Origin: a virus
Direction: 5' to 3' (one strand)
DNA length: 64,000 nt
IMG/VR virus record: IMGVR_UViG_3300027631_000002
Span: 64,001-128,000 of that record
Shown here: piece by piece, positions 46,219 to 56,228 of the stretch
Layout of the letters: each line of letters begins with the position of its first letter
How positions within the stretch are numbered: position 1 is the stretch's first letter
Program-made: the position numbers and the translations under genes
The notes under the pieces: model-generated
Seen by the model: only the letters and a program-made list of their open reading frames with translations
What the model was told of the DNA's origin: nothing
Databases searched by the model: none

Positions 46219-47200
46219 ATGTTCTTGATTGATACCACATTGATTTTGGTTCTTCTTTAGGTTCATCTAATTGTTTTGGTTCCTCCTCTTTAATTTCCTC
46301 TTTCTTAGGTACTTCTCTTGGTATATCTGCAATATTATAACGAAACCATTTACTATTTGGATTTCTATAATCTGGTGAACCTCTAAGTGTTTCAACATCA
46401 TCATACAAGTGATTTACTTTTATACCATATTTTAATGCGTGTATACATCTTTGAAAGTTCCTAGAATCACCTAATAGTGAAAATATCTTCCAAATTTCTC
46501 CTTCAATTTGATCATCTATTAGACTTGGTAGTAATTTTTTAAACCTAAATGCACTATTTCTATCCGAGAATATGCCATAATGATACATATTTAGTGCTTC
46601 TCTACCACCCGTCCACATAGGTCTTGGATCTGATTGAGGAAGTGTTAAACTAATTTGCAAATCTGCATTATCATCATAAAGTTCTTGTAGTGTGTATTGT
46701 TTTGGTGGATCTTCTTGGTCCCATTCATCTGGATTATTCCAATTTTCTAACCCATCATCCCAGTTAGACATATTTATTTTAAATGAAAATAAAGGAACAT
46801 CCCATCCTGGTAAAGATCTACCTAATTTTAATTTTGTTTCTTCTAATGGTTCAAAATAAAATTGTATCGTAAAGTATAATTCTCTTTCTGCATCACTCCA
46901 AAGATCAAGCATTTCTTCTTCTGATATATCTTCATATCTTGTATTGATATCACCTATACTTGATCCAGATTTTCTTGTATTTAGAATAAACTTTGCCTTA
47001 GGTTTCGTAAATTTAACCTTTCTATCTATATCACTATAGTTTTTAACGAGTTCTATATTATAAACACCCCATTCTTTTTCGGAACCATAATCTTTTAAAT
47101 TTCTACCTTTTTCTACTTTATGAGGCATATTCATAAATCTTTGACCGGCATCTCTATAGACTTTTGGTGTTAGTTCTTCGTAAGTTTTAATCCATTTCAT
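46217..47200 (-). CDS. leader-bearing hypothetical protein
   Basis: Start moved to MKWIKTYEEL at 47200; TAATATATA 5 nt upstream. Confidence 0.75.
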   Translation of the reverse strand: MKWIKTYEELTPKVYRDAGQRFMNMPHKVEKGRNLKDYGSEKEWGVYNIELVKNYSDIDRKVKFTKPKAKFILNTRKSGSSIGDINTRYEDISEEEMLDLWSDAERELYFTIQFYFEPLEETKLKLGRSLPGWDVPLFSFKINMSNWDDGLENWNNPDEWDQEDPPKQYTLQELYDDNADLQISLTLPQSDPRPMWTGGREALNMYHYGIFSDRNSAFRFKKLLPSLIDDQIEGEIWKIFSLLGDSRNFQRCIHALKYGIKVNHLYDDVETLRGSPDYRNPNSKWFRYNIADIPREVPKKEEIKEEEPKQLDEPKEEPKSMWYQSRT

Positions 47201-47204
47201 AAAG

Positions 47205-47213
47205 TATATATTA
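47205..47213 (-). promoter_or_regulatory. putative late promoter TAATATATA
   Basis: Upstream of MKWIKTYEEL. Confidence 0.6.
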
Positions 47214-47220
47214 TTTTTTA

Positions 47221-47247
47221 AACTCACATTTATATTCATCATATAAT
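47221..47247 (+). promoter_or_regulatory. putative middle-type promoter
   Basis: AACT-N17-TATAAT. Confidence 0.5.
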
Positions 47248-47251
47248 AAAT

Positions 47252-47431
47252 ATGAGAGAACTATCATTAGAAGAAAGAGTACAACTATTTTGTAATAAGT
47301 ATAAAAAACATATTTCTTACGGTTTCGACTTGACACACGAAGATTTAGATAAACATGATATTACTAGAAATATTGAAACTAATTTAAAAAAGGATATATA
47401 ACTAGAAAATAGTAAATTATTAAATGAGTGA
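47252..47431 (+). CDS. hypothetical protein (59 aa)
   Basis: Manual translation MRELSLEERVQLFCNKYKKH...ENSKLLNE; overlaps the next start; AACT-N17-TATAAT upstream. Confidence 0.6.
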
Positions 47432-47921
47432 TATTACAACAATTGGTTATTTAGAAGATCTAGTCGAACAAGTTAAATCTTTGGATACTACTGAATTATC
47501 TGATAAATTAAGTAAAGAAGAAAAAAAAATAAAACAAGTAGTTGAAGAACAAAAAGTTTATTTTTGGATAAGACTTTATTTAAAGGAAGAAGATTCTAAC
47601 TTAGTGATAGGAGATGATATTTCTATCAAATGGACTCCAACTGGTGAAGAATTAAAAACAAAGTTTATCTGTTATGGTAAAACTGGACTACAAAAAGATT
47701 ATGATGAGGAAATAGTAAACTATAATTCAGAAGATGATAAGAAAGTTCTTTGTTTAATGGTTGATGAAGGTCAAGTCAATTATAATGAAGATATTCCTTT
47801 TGTTAGAACTTTATTTAAAGTTGGTCGTCATTTTGAATATCAATTAGTTAAAAGATCAGAATTACTTTTTGTCAATGTTAGAAATGGTATGATTTTAGAC
47901 TACTTCGACTGCGATTTTTGA
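47424..47921 (+). CDS. hypothetical protein
   Basis: 165-aa ORF. Confidence 0.75.
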   Translation: MSDITTIGYLEDLVEQVKSLDTTELSDKLSKEEKKIKQVVEEQKVYFWIRLYLKEEDSNLVIGDDISIKWTPTGEELKTKFICYGKTGLQKDYDEEIVNYNSEDDKKVLCLMVDEGQVNYNEDIPFVRTLFKVGRHFEYQLVKRSELLFVNVRNGMILDYFDCDF

Positions 47922-47924
47922 TTT

Positions 47925-48434
47925 ATGGAAACAGATTCAATAGAATATTTATTATTATCTTACTTTAATGAACTAATTTGGGTGGATCAAAATCCAGTTG
48001 AATTTACTATTAGTGAGACTTTTAAAGAAAATGGAAATATAAGAACTTCAAATAAAGTAGAAGTTTATCAATTACAAGATTTGTTAGTAACTTCTTTGGA
48101 AGATACTAACACTTTTTTGTTTGAACTAATGTCTGATTGCCAGTCAAAACAACTAAATTTTTATCCAAAGAATATAGTATCTAGATTATTCAATTTAAAG
48201 TCAAATAAACGACTTAAAAAAGAATTAGATGGTCTTACATCAAATAACTGGATAATTACTTCTAATCATATATATGATGTTTATATGAAAGATTGTGGAT
48301 ATAATGTTTACTTATCTAATGAGTTTGAAAATCAAATTGTAATTGGTGACAAATCATCTAAATTGATATTAAACAAAAATCTAAAAGAATTCTATTTGGA
48401 TAAGTCTAATATTAGAGTAATAAAGTTAAAATAA
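47925..48434 (+). CDS. hypothetical protein
   Basis: 169-aa ORF followed by a terminator. Confidence 0.7.
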   Translation: METDSIEYLLLSYFNELIWVDQNPVEFTISETFKENGNIRTSNKVEVYQLQDLLVTSLEDTNTFLFELMSDCQSKQLNFYPKNIVSRLFNLKSNKRLKKELDGLTSNNWIITSNHIYDVYMKDCGYNVYLSNEFENQIVIGDKSSKLILNKNLKEFYLDKSNIRVIKLK

Positions 48435-48464
48435 AAAAAGTCGAGATAAATCTCGACTTTTTTT
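48433..48464. terminator. bidirectional intrinsic terminator
   Basis: AAAAAAAGTCGAGA-TAAA-TCTCGACTTTTTTT. Confidence 0.85.
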
Positions 48465-48957
48465 ATTCTATTCCTAATTGTTTTAGTTTAAGATCTCTTT
48501 TAACAGAATCATCAACTATTAGTTGAACCTCACTTTTATTTACCCATTTATCTTGCATAAACTGAATTATACCTGATTTTTTTGCCGCATCTCTTCCAAT
48601 TTGATCCATTGATGTAAAGTCAACTGCTTTAACTTTTACTCTAGATTCGGTTACATCTAAAACTTCTAATTCATAAGTTACTTTGAAAGATTCTGGTTTC
48701 ATTTTGTTACCATCTTTGTCAGTATCAGTCCAACTAAGTCCGTAATCTGGATAAATAACTTTGTGTCCCGGCTCGATTGCAATTAAATCTTTCTTAAAAG
48801 CATCTGCCTTATCCTTTTCTTTTGAGACTTTATCTCTTTCTTTTGAGACTTTATCTTTCTCTTCTCTTATGTCTTCGCACTTAGAATAAAGAATGAAATT
48901 ACCTATCAAAGAACCTAAAAGACATAGAGATAGTACTAATACTACAATTTGTATCAT
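48463..48957 (-). CDS. membrane-anchored coiled-coil protein
   Basis: N-terminal TM, heptad duplication, C-terminal KRDLKLKQLGIE. Confidence 0.75.
   Translation of the reverse strand: MIQIVVLVLSLCLLGSLIGNFILYSKCEDIREEKDKVSKERDKVSKEKDKADAFKKDLIAIEPGHKVIYPDYGLSWTDTDKDGNKMKPESFKVTYELEVLDVTESRVKVKAVDFTSMDQIGRDAAKKSGIIQFMQDKWVNKSEVQLIVDDSVKRDLKLKQLGIE
48817..48858. repeat. 21-nt tandem duplication (DKVSKE x2)
   Basis: ttcttttgagactttatct occurs twice in tandem. Confidence 0.85.
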
Positions 48958-48968
48958 ATTTTTATTTT

Positions 48969-49235
48969 TTAAAGTTCGTAATACATTTCACCATAAATTG
49001 GAGATCTTCTAATTATCTCTTTGATCAATTCAAATCCAATATCTTGAAGTAAATATAGGAATACTTGATCGTTCTCATTCTTAGTTACTATCTCACCTGA
49101 AACTAATTTTTTAATGTCCTGTTTAGTAAAATAAACATCAGTTTTATTATAATCAATACCGTGTTTGGCTATTCCGCTTTTACATAAGTTTGTGAAGGTA
49201 ACCTCATTAAAGACGGTTCTTATTTCTTTTTGCAT
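48969..49235 (-). CDS. hypothetical protein
   Basis: 88-aa ORF. Confidence 0.7.
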   Translation of the reverse strand: MQKEIRTVFNEVTFTNLCKSGIAKHGIDYNKTDVYFTKQDIKKLVSGEIVTKNENDQVFLYLLQDIGFELIKEIIRRSPIYGEMYYEL

Positions 49236-49289
49236 ATTAAAATCTTTTTTAACTATATAGTTTTTTTATTAGTTTGTTTATTGATTATA

Positions 49290-49297
49290 CAAATATA
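49290..49297 (-). promoter_or_regulatory. Bacteroidota-type -7 element
   Basis: TATATTTG on the minus strand, upstream of 49235. Confidence 0.5.
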
Positions 49298-49327
49298 TAA
49301 AAAAATATCTTTTTAACATATTATTTT

Positions 49328-49336
49328 TAATATATA
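49328..49336 (+). promoter_or_regulatory. putative late promoter TAATATATA
   Basis: Upstream of an operon of three leader-bearing genes. Confidence 0.65.
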
Positions 49337-49364
49337 AATCACAATAAATTATAATTATACTAAC

Positions 49365-51068
49365 ATGAAATGGATTAAAAATAGAAATCTTTTTTTAGAA
49401 GCTAAATTACGTGATGTTATCCTACCAAGACAAGCAAAGGCTGTAATATCAAAATGGGGAGAAAAATACTTAGATTATGAAGAGGTAACACCTACTGATA
49501 AGATCATACAAGGAAGTTGGAAGTTATCTGAAGAAGATAAGAATGAAGTATTAGGTGTTTTCTGTCAAACAGATATGCCACAACTTTTTACTTTGTTTTC
49601 AAGTTTACCAGAACAATTTGGTAATGTTTTAAATCAATCGATCAATACGGATCTATTTAGAGAAGATAAAGCAACATATGAAAGAATTTTCGAAGGATTT
49701 GATATTAGAAAACCTAAATTAGATCAAATACTTGCTATATTCAGTTCAGTTTTTAGAAAACTATCAATTGCTGATACAATGGCAACTTCTGTCATCTCTA
49801 AAGATGAATCAAACAGACCTATTAGAGATGAACAAGGTAATATGATTAGAGTTGAAAAGAAAGCAGGTGATTTAGTTTTTAGTAATAACTTAATCAATAT
49901 AAACTCTTTTATCGGTGACTACAATGATTTAGTTGATAAATGTATTGAAGCAAATGTTGATGGATGGTCTGAATCAGATAAAATGGCGTCTTCAAACTTA
50001 TTTTCTGAAAATAGAAACTTAGGTAGTTTTATAAACTTTGCTGCAACAAATGAGAATACACAATATAAATTAGATTTTGAAATTTTTAATAAAGACATTT
50101 TCTTAAAAATCAGTCATAATCCAAAAGACATTTTGAATATGTCTATTTCTAAGTTCTATTCTTCTTGTCAACACTTATATAGTGGTGGATATAGTCGTCA
50201 AGTTTTGGCAAATGTATTTGATCCAAATAGTATACCAGCTTTTTTAATTTTTGAAACTCCTATTTTCTGGGAAGGTGAAAAAATATCAGAACATTTACCA
50301 TTATCTAGAATGATTATTAGAAATTTAGAGTCATTTGAAGAAAATGCTCCTACAAGATTATATTTTGATAGAGCTTATCCAGATAGAATGCAGAATAAAT
50401 TTGAGGAAATTGTTACTAAATATACAGGAAATGTAAATGATGGTCAAAGAGGAGAAAGATACTTATATACACCAGATTTAGATTTTGAAGATTCGCTAGA
50501 TGCACCATATCAAGATAAGTTATCACTTACACAAGGTAAGATGATTGGTAAAAACATTAAAACATTATATTTAAGTCAAATTGGAAATTGGAAAAATATT
50601 AGAGTTGATCCTAATGCAAGAATTAAAGAATTGATTATCGAAACTACTGAAATACCAGATAGTTTATTGAATATAAATATTACTTTAGATTGGATTAAGT
50701 TTAAGTTTATTGAAATACATACTTTGAAAGACTTTGATAATATCAAAACAACAAATATAGCTTTTGATAAATGTAAATTTTCTAATGATGTTTTACAAGA
50801 TATTAATAAATCAAATCCAAATATTACAAAATTACAAATAATTAGTTGTGATAATGTTGGTTCTTTTGACTTCTCTACTTTCAAAGCATTAGAAGAGTTA
50901 CAAGTAATATATACTTTAGATTCTGCAGAAGATTTGAAATCGATTGTATCAGAAAGTTTGAAGAAATTGATAATTTCTGGAGACTTGGTAACCAAAGAAA
51001 GTAAATCAATAATATCATCTCTTAGAAGTAAAGGATTAAAAATAGAAATAGTTGGACCAGTAATATGA
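49365..51068 (+). CDS. leader-bearing protein with LRR-like C-terminus
   Basis: Starts MKWIKNRNLFLE; central MSISKFYSSCQH; C-terminal IKTLYL/IKELII/ITKLQIISC/LEELQV/LKKLIISG repeats. Confidence 0.7.
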   Translation: MKWIKNRNLFLEAKLRDVILPRQAKAVISKWGEKYLDYEEVTPTDKIIQGSWKLSEEDKNEVLGVFCQTDMPQLFTLFSSLPEQFGNVLNQSINTDLFREDKATYERIFEGFDIRKPKLDQILAIFSSVFRKLSIADTMATSVISKDESNRPIRDEQGNMIRVEKKAGDLVFSNNLININSFIGDYNDLVDKCIEANVDGWSESDKMASSNLFSENRNLGSFINFAATNENTQYKLDFEIFNKDIFLKISHNPKDILNMSISKFYSSCQHLYSGGYSRQVLANVFDPNSIPAFLIFETPIFWEGEKISEHLPLSRMIIRNLESFEENAPTRLYFDRAYPDRMQNKFEEIVTKYTGNVNDGQRGERYLYTPDLDFEDSLDAPYQDKLSLTQGKMIGKNIKTLYLSQIGNWKNIRVDPNARIKELIIETTEIPDSLLNINITLDWIKFKFIEIHTLKDFDNIKTTNIAFDKCKFSNDVLQDINKSNPNITKLQIISCDNVGSFDFSTFKALEELQVIYTLDSAEDLKSIVSESLKKLIISGDLVTKESKSIISSLRSKGLKIEIVGPVI

Positions 51069-52843
51069 AAAATCTAAAATATATAAAATTATTTGAGGCA
51101 TTTGATGCAAGAACACTTAATGTAACTTTAAAAAATATTAAAGGATCAGAAGATAAGAAAAACTTTTTATCAAATCTAAAAACAATATGTGATAAATTTG
51201 ATATACCCGAATCTAAACTTAGTGATGACTTATTTACTTATTTACCTTTTAACAAAGCGTTGAAGTTCAACAATGTTGTTTCTGATGACCAACCTTGTGA
51301 TGCAGTAGGTGAATTTGTTCATGGTGAAAGATGTGACAATGGTAAAGTAAGAAGACCTTGGGGTAGAGGATTTAGAGTTGTTGATTGTGGTACTTGTAAA
51401 GGTACTGGTATCAAACCTAAAAGATCAGATTTATCTTTACTTAAATTTTGGTTTAATTCAGAAGGAAAATACGTTGCTACGACTGCAGTAGATGGTATTT
51501 ACAGAGCATCAACTAACACTGCGGCAACAGCATTCTCACCAAATATTACTGATTATGATGTAGTTAAAAGAATTCCCAAAACACAGATAAAAAATCAATT
51601 AGAAACTGGTGATATAATATCAGTAGATCTTGTAGATAATCATTGGAATGGAACCGCTTATAATGTTGAAACACAAATTGTTGCTTATGTTTATAAAGAA
51701 GTAAGATATGGTAATGAGATTAAAGTATTTGCTATTCAAAATAGAAGAGGTAGATATCCTAGACCTTGGAATAGTGACTGGAGAAGTATTGGTAATGAGT
51801 CTTGGACTCTTACAACTTCTAAATGTAATAATATAAACCTATTAAAAGCTAAAGCTAATGCAGGTGGTCAGGATCCTTATGGATATAATACATTATTTGA
51901 TATGTCTAACTTCCGTGTTAGACCAGTTCAAGTTACTTCTACATTGAAAGATGCAAACTTTGCAATTATATTAGATTTTTCTAAATTAGATAAGTTGGGG
52001 GTTGTAAAGAAAACAGAAGTAAAATCTGGTAGAACAGAATCAAGAGAAGGTGCGACTGCATTTATATCTAACGATGATATAAAGAAAGCAAATATTAAAA
52101 GATACTTTGATAAAATTGCGACTAGTTTTAAACTAACTGGAGAATTACAAGATGTTAGTAAGTTTACTAGTATGGCTACTAGAGTTCTTGGTGGTAGATC
52201 TTGTGTGTACTTCTTAAATAATTCTGCAAGTACTAATGAAATGGATACTCTATCAACTATAGCAGGATATATCTTTAAGATGATTAAAAAAATAAAAACT
52301 GCAGAAAAGGCAGATAATCAATCTACAGAAGATGGATTCGTAGGAACTGCAGTTGAAGATTTAAAACAGGATAGAGATTTTATAGATATTATTACTATTA
52401 TTAACGATAAATATAAAAGTTTATTAGATAATTCAATTAAAAAAGTAGATAGTACAACTAGATTCCTTAAACAACTTAAAGATAAAATTAAAGCAGATGC
52501 TAGTGAAGATTGGATGGATAAAGATCTTAGAATACTATCCAATATAGATAACTTATCTGCAGAAATAAACAAATATATTTCATCAATCAAAGTAGATACT
52601 TTAGAAGATGTTGAATTTTTAATACAAGAAATTTACTCTATAAAAAGTTTATTAAGATCTGATAGAATGTCTATGACAAACTTAAATGGTTTATTTGATA
52701 GAATGCGTCCAGGTAGTTATTATAACGAAGTTCGTTATTTATATCCAGCACTTACAGATAGAAGAACTTATTATGGTAATATAAACAACGGTATTCAATC
52801 TATAATTACAATTATAAGAAAAAAACTAGCAATGTTAGACTAA
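51065..52843 (+). CDS. leader-bearing protein with DnaJ-type zinc finger
   Basis: Starts MKNLKYIKLFEAF; C...CDNGKV...CGTCKGTG. Confidence 0.75.
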   Translation: MKNLKYIKLFEAFDARTLNVTLKNIKGSEDKKNFLSNLKTICDKFDIPESKLSDDLFTYLPFNKALKFNNVVSDDQPCDAVGEFVHGERCDNGKVRRPWGRGFRVVDCGTCKGTGIKPKRSDLSLLKFWFNSEGKYVATTAVDGIYRASTNTAATAFSPNITDYDVVKRIPKTQIKNQLETGDIISVDLVDNHWNGTAYNVETQIVAYVYKEVRYGNEIKVFAIQNRRGRYPRPWNSDWRSIGNESWTLTTSKCNNINLLKAKANAGGQDPYGYNTLFDMSNFRVRPVQVTSTLKDANFAIILDFSKLDKLGVVKKTEVKSGRTESREGATAFISNDDIKKANIKRYFDKIATSFKLTGELQDVSKFTSMATRVLGGRSCVYFLNNSASTNEMDTLSTIAGYIFKMIKKIKTAEKADNQSTEDGFVGTAVEDLKQDRDFIDIITIINDKYKSLLDNSIKKVDSTTRFLKQLKDKIKADASEDWMDKDLRILSNIDNLSAEINKYISSIKVDTLEDVEFLIQEIYSIKSLLRSDRMSMTNLNGLFDRMRPGSYYNEVRYLYPALTDRRTYYGNINNGIQSIITIIRKKLAMLD

Positions 52844-53461
52844 ATGAAACACTTGAAAATATTTGATAATTTTCAAGATAAACAAACATTGATAATTGTC
52901 GATGTTCAAAAGTCTTTTAGAAAGTTTTTTACTGAAATGTATTTACACGAATTAAAAAACTATTGTAAGAAGTTTGAATCTGTTTACCAAATTTGGGATA
53001 ACCACGTCGATGGTAAGAATGTAGATAAAGATTATCTATATGATGAGGATCCAGACATCCCAGTTCATAAAGATTTATATCGTTTTCCTAATCAAAAAGA
53101 TCTAATAGAGAAAAGATATAACTATGATGTAGATGTAGATTTCTATAAAAATATTTTATCTAAAGACGTTTATAAAGATCTAAAAGAAAAGGAATCTAAT
53201 AAGGAATTAAAAAGAGGTGATACTTTCAATACTAAAGAAGGTACATTTATAATTTATATTGGAAATCATCATAAATGGTATCACCTACCGAAAAAACTAC
53301 AGGAACTATTCACTGAATTAAAAGGACAAGAAGTTGTTATGGTTGGTGGTTCTGATTCAGAATGTTATTTAGACGTTGAAACTGCCGCTAAATCATTTGG
53401 AGTTAAAGTAAAAAGAGATTTTAAATATATCTACAGTGCCAATCATTGTCCTATAAAGTAA
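52844..53461 (+). CDS. cysteine hydrolase (isochorismatase/nicotinamidase family) with leader
   Basis: Starts MKHLKIFDNF; LIIVDVQ, EKRY, VGGSDSECY give a D-K-C triad. Confidence 0.75.
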   Translation: MKHLKIFDNFQDKQTLIIVDVQKSFRKFFTEMYLHELKNYCKKFESVYQIWDNHVDGKNVDKDYLYDEDPDIPVHKDLYRFPNQKDLIEKRYNYDVDVDFYKNILSKDVYKDLKEKESNKELKRGDTFNTKEGTFIIYIGNHHKWYHLPKKLQELFTELKGQEVVMVGGSDSECYLDVETAAKSFGVKVKRDFKYIYSANHCPIK

Positions 53462-53464
53462 TAC

Positions 53465-53842
53465 TTAGTTTACTGTTGCATAAACTTGATAATCAGAAAC
53501 CGTAAAACTTATAACCATATATTCTTGGTATCTTTCAGGATCTTCAAAAAACTCTACATATAATTCGTAAGGAACAGAATCTACCTCTGGTATATAATCC
53601 GCAATCTGTGCCATTAGTTCTCCTTCAATTGATTCTGATGATAATCTAGTTTCATGTAATAGTTCTGTTAGATTTGCACCAAAGTTAGGTTCACCTAAAA
53701 CTTCACCTTTATTAGTAAAAATAATCATCTCATACTTTTGTATGATAACTCTGATTACGTCATCTTCGATAAGTTCTGCCAATTTAAACATTGGATGTCC
53801 TGGGTAACAGATATAAAAATCTATAAAGTTAAAGTTCGCCAT
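53465..53842 (-). CDS. gp25: baseplate wedge / sheath initiator (gp25-like)
   Basis: IFTNKGEVLGEPNFGANLTELLHE...IADYIP. Confidence 0.85.
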   Translation of the reverse strand: MANFNFIDFYICYPGHPMFKLAELIEDDVIRVIIQKYEMIIFTNKGEVLGEPNFGANLTELLHETRLSSESIEGELMAQIADYIPEVDSVPYELYVEFFEDPERYQEYMVISFTVSDYQVYATVN

Positions 53843-53846
53843 AAAT

Positions 53847-53855
53847 TATATATTA
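53847..53855 (-). promoter_or_regulatory. putative late promoter TAATATATA
   Basis: Upstream of gp25. Confidence 0.65.
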
Positions 53856-53873
53856 AAAATTTATATATACTTA

Positions 53874-54245
53874 ATGAGATATTTAAAGAAATTTAATGAA
53901 GGTCAGTCACCATCTGATATAATAGATAGTATAGAGGGCATTTTAGTCGATTTAATGGATAATAATATGGTAGAAATAACTGATAAGTCTTGGGCTTTAG
54001 AGGTTTCTATTAAATTACCGGTCGATATTGTAGATACTGATAATAGGAGAGACTTTATATATAATGAGATTGATTTTGAATCAATTAAAGATAAAGTTTT
54101 AATGCTATTGGATTATATGAAGAATAAAGGATATAAATATAGAATGTCTTGTAAGATTAAGGGAAGTAGTACTTTCTTTTCTGTTAAAAGAGATACTATT
54201 ATTGATTTACCAGTAACAGAAGTAAAAATCATTTTTGATAAATAA
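53874..54245 (+). CDS. leader-bearing hypothetical protein
   Basis: Starts MRYLKKFNE. Confidence 0.75.
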   Translation: MRYLKKFNEGQSPSDIIDSIEGILVDLMDNNMVEITDKSWALEVSIKLPVDIVDTDNRRDFIYNEIDFESIKDKVLMLLDYMKNKGYKYRMSCKIKGSSTFFSVKRDTIIDLPVTEVKIIFDK

Positions 54246-54275
54246 TATATAAAATAATAAAAATAAAAATTTAAA

Positions 54276-54635
54276 ATGAAATATTTAAAAAGATTTAATG
54301 AAAGTATTTTAGATGATGTTAGATCTGAAGTAGATAAAACTCGTTCTAGTATTAGTTCTAAGTTTGGACGTTTTTCTAATGTAGAAGATGAATTCAATGA
54401 TGATAGTTTTGAAGTAACTGGTAAATTAGAAATACAAGGTGGTTCATCAAAAACACCAGTTATTAAAATTAGAAGTATGAATAAAACTATAGATGGTACT
54501 TCGGTATTATCTGGTGATATAATGGCTTGGGATTTAACTAAATTTGACGGACAAGAAGTTACTATAAAAGGAACTACTAAAAATGGTGAAAAGCCTTCTT
54601 TTATGAATCCAATTATGGTAAATGAAATACAATAA
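54276..54635 (+). CDS. leader-bearing protein, possible OB-fold
   Basis: Starts MKYLKRFNESILD; beta-rich EVTGKL...FDGQEVTIKG. Confidence 0.7.
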   Translation: MKYLKRFNESILDDVRSEVDKTRSSISSKFGRFSNVEDEFNDDSFEVTGKLEIQGGSSKTPVIKIRSMNKTIDGTSVLSGDIMAWDLTKFDGQEVTIKGTTKNGEKPSFMNPIMVNEIQ

Positions 54636-54664
54636 AAAAAACCCAGTTTTAAACTGGGTTTTTT
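54634..54664. terminator. bidirectional intrinsic terminator
   Basis: AAAAAACCCAGTTT-T-AAACTGGGTTTTTT. Confidence 0.85.
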
Positions 54665-55620
54665 AATATATCTCTAAATTTTCCTATAATTGTTATACCA
54701 AGTATTAAAGGATCTGTTGCTCCTTCTAATTTAGATGAATAATCCGCAATTATATAAGCAGTTTCAAATAATTTATTTACACTTTCTCTTTTATCTGTTA
54801 TACACCAATCAATAAAAGGTTTTCCTAATAGTTTAATCATTACATCAATTTTCTCCGCTCCAAAGTTTGACACTAAAAAGTGATAAGTTTTTTCAAAGTC
54901 TAAATCTTCATATAAAGTATTATAAAGTTCTAACTTCACTTTTGCAGAAACATTACCTGTTCCATCACTTATTGCTCCAGTATCTAAATAACTCTGTACT
55001 TCAACTAATACAGAACGAAAGTCTGGAAACTTTTTAGTAATAATATTTACTAAATCTTCTTTTGGTATCTCGGATTCCTCTTTAGGAAGAATTTCATTGA
55101 TAATCTTTTTATAAATCTCTTGTTTAAGGAACTTTTCTTCTTCTACTCCTTGACAGTCAAATCCAATTTGTTTAATTCTTGATTTTAATCCATCTGATAT
55201 TTTATTGATGTGGTTCGTTGTAATGATAAAACGAACATTTTTGTTGTATCTTTCTATAAAAGCTTTAAATGCGTCTTGGAAGTTTGTAGAAACTCTCTCA
55301 AACTCATCTAAGAATACATATTTAATATCTGAATTAGTATCCATCATTGGAGTAAACTTACAGAAGTTATCGATTTCAGTTCTAAGAACATCAATTGATG
55401 TATCCATTGAACAGTTCAATTCTAAGTAAGGAGTTTCTTTTGAGTATCTACCGATTAGTATTCTAGCTAAACTTGTTTTACCGGTTCCGTAGTGACCGTG
55501 GAATATATAGTGTTGGTTTACACCATTTTCTAATTCTTTTCTAATTCTTGGAAGTAATATAATGTCGTCGATAGTTTTTGGACGCCATTTTTCCCATAAT
55601 AATAATTTATTTACTGACAT
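54649..55620 (-). CDS. gp44: sliding clamp loader subunit (RFC-like AAA+)
   Basis: WEKWRPKTIDD, GHYGTGKT, LNCS, LDEFE, FIITTN, KSR, FPDFR. Confidence 0.93.
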   Translation of the reverse strand: MSVNKLLLWEKWRPKTIDDIILLPRIRKELENGVNQHYIFHGHYGTGKTSLARILIGRYSKETPYLELNCSMDTSIDVLRTEIDNFCKFTPMMDTNSDIKYVFLDEFERVSTNFQDAFKAFIERYNKNVRFIITTNHINKISDGLKSRIKQIGFDCQGVEEEKFLKQEIYKKIINEILPKEESEIPKEDLVNIITKKFPDFRSVLVEVQSYLDTGAISDGTGNVSAKVKLELYNTLYEDLDFEKTYHFLVSNFGAEKIDVMIKLLGKPFIDWCITDKRESVNKLFETAYIIADYSSKLEGATDPLILGITIIGKFRDILKNPV

Positions 55621-55641
55621 ATTTTATCTCATTTTCTCATG

Positions 55642-55668
55642 AGTATATCAAAAATTATCAAGAAAGTT
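55642..55668 (-). promoter_or_regulatory. putative middle-type promoter
   Basis: AACT-N17-TATACT before gp44. Confidence 0.5.
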
Positions 55669-56228
55669 TATACTTTTGGACGCCCAATTAGATATTCTTC
55701 TTCTGTTATAGTATGGTCTGGAAGAGTTCTTGTATAAACACCTTGTCTTATCCAGTTTATCTCTGAATGAGGAAAAATTTTACTAACAGTTTGTTTATCA
55801 CAGTATTTACAACCTGCACCTATAAGTATCTCAGCAGGTCTTCCTGAAACTTCAATCCAAAATCCTTCTTTATGCAATAGGACAATCAATTGTTTCATTA
55901 GTTCTTTCCTAGCTTCTTTTGTTCCATCATGACCCCAACCAGAAATCTTGTGTCCATTAGACTCTCTAGAAAATATAACAACATCGGCTTGTGGATCTTT
56001 ATCTATATCAACTGCTGTCCAGAAAGTTAAGTCTGGATCATTTACAACTGCATCAGGACTTGATATTCTAACATGTCCACCAAGTGGTTTATATGCCAAA
56101 TCAACAATCTCCCATATTTCTTTTTTAAGCTTTTTTCTATCTTCCATAGAAAGTTCAACCCATTTATTCTTATCATATAAATCGGAAAAAGTAAAGTCTT
56201 CAAATAATTTAATGTAATTCATTGTCAC
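55668..56228 (-). CDS. leader-bearing protein, possible GNAT-like fold
   Basis: MNYIKLFEDF; AYKPLGG, GWGHDG, EVSG. The fold call is tentative. Confidence 0.6.
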   Translation of the reverse strand: MTMNYIKLFEDFTFSDLYDKNKWVELSMEDRKKLKKEIWEIVDLAYKPLGGHVRISSPDAVVNDPDLTFWTAVDIDKDPQADVVIFSRESNGHKISGWGHDGTKEARKELMKQLIVLLHKEGFWIEVSGRPAEILIGAGCKYCDKQTVSKIFPHSEINWIRQGVYTRTLPDHTITEEEYLIGRPKV

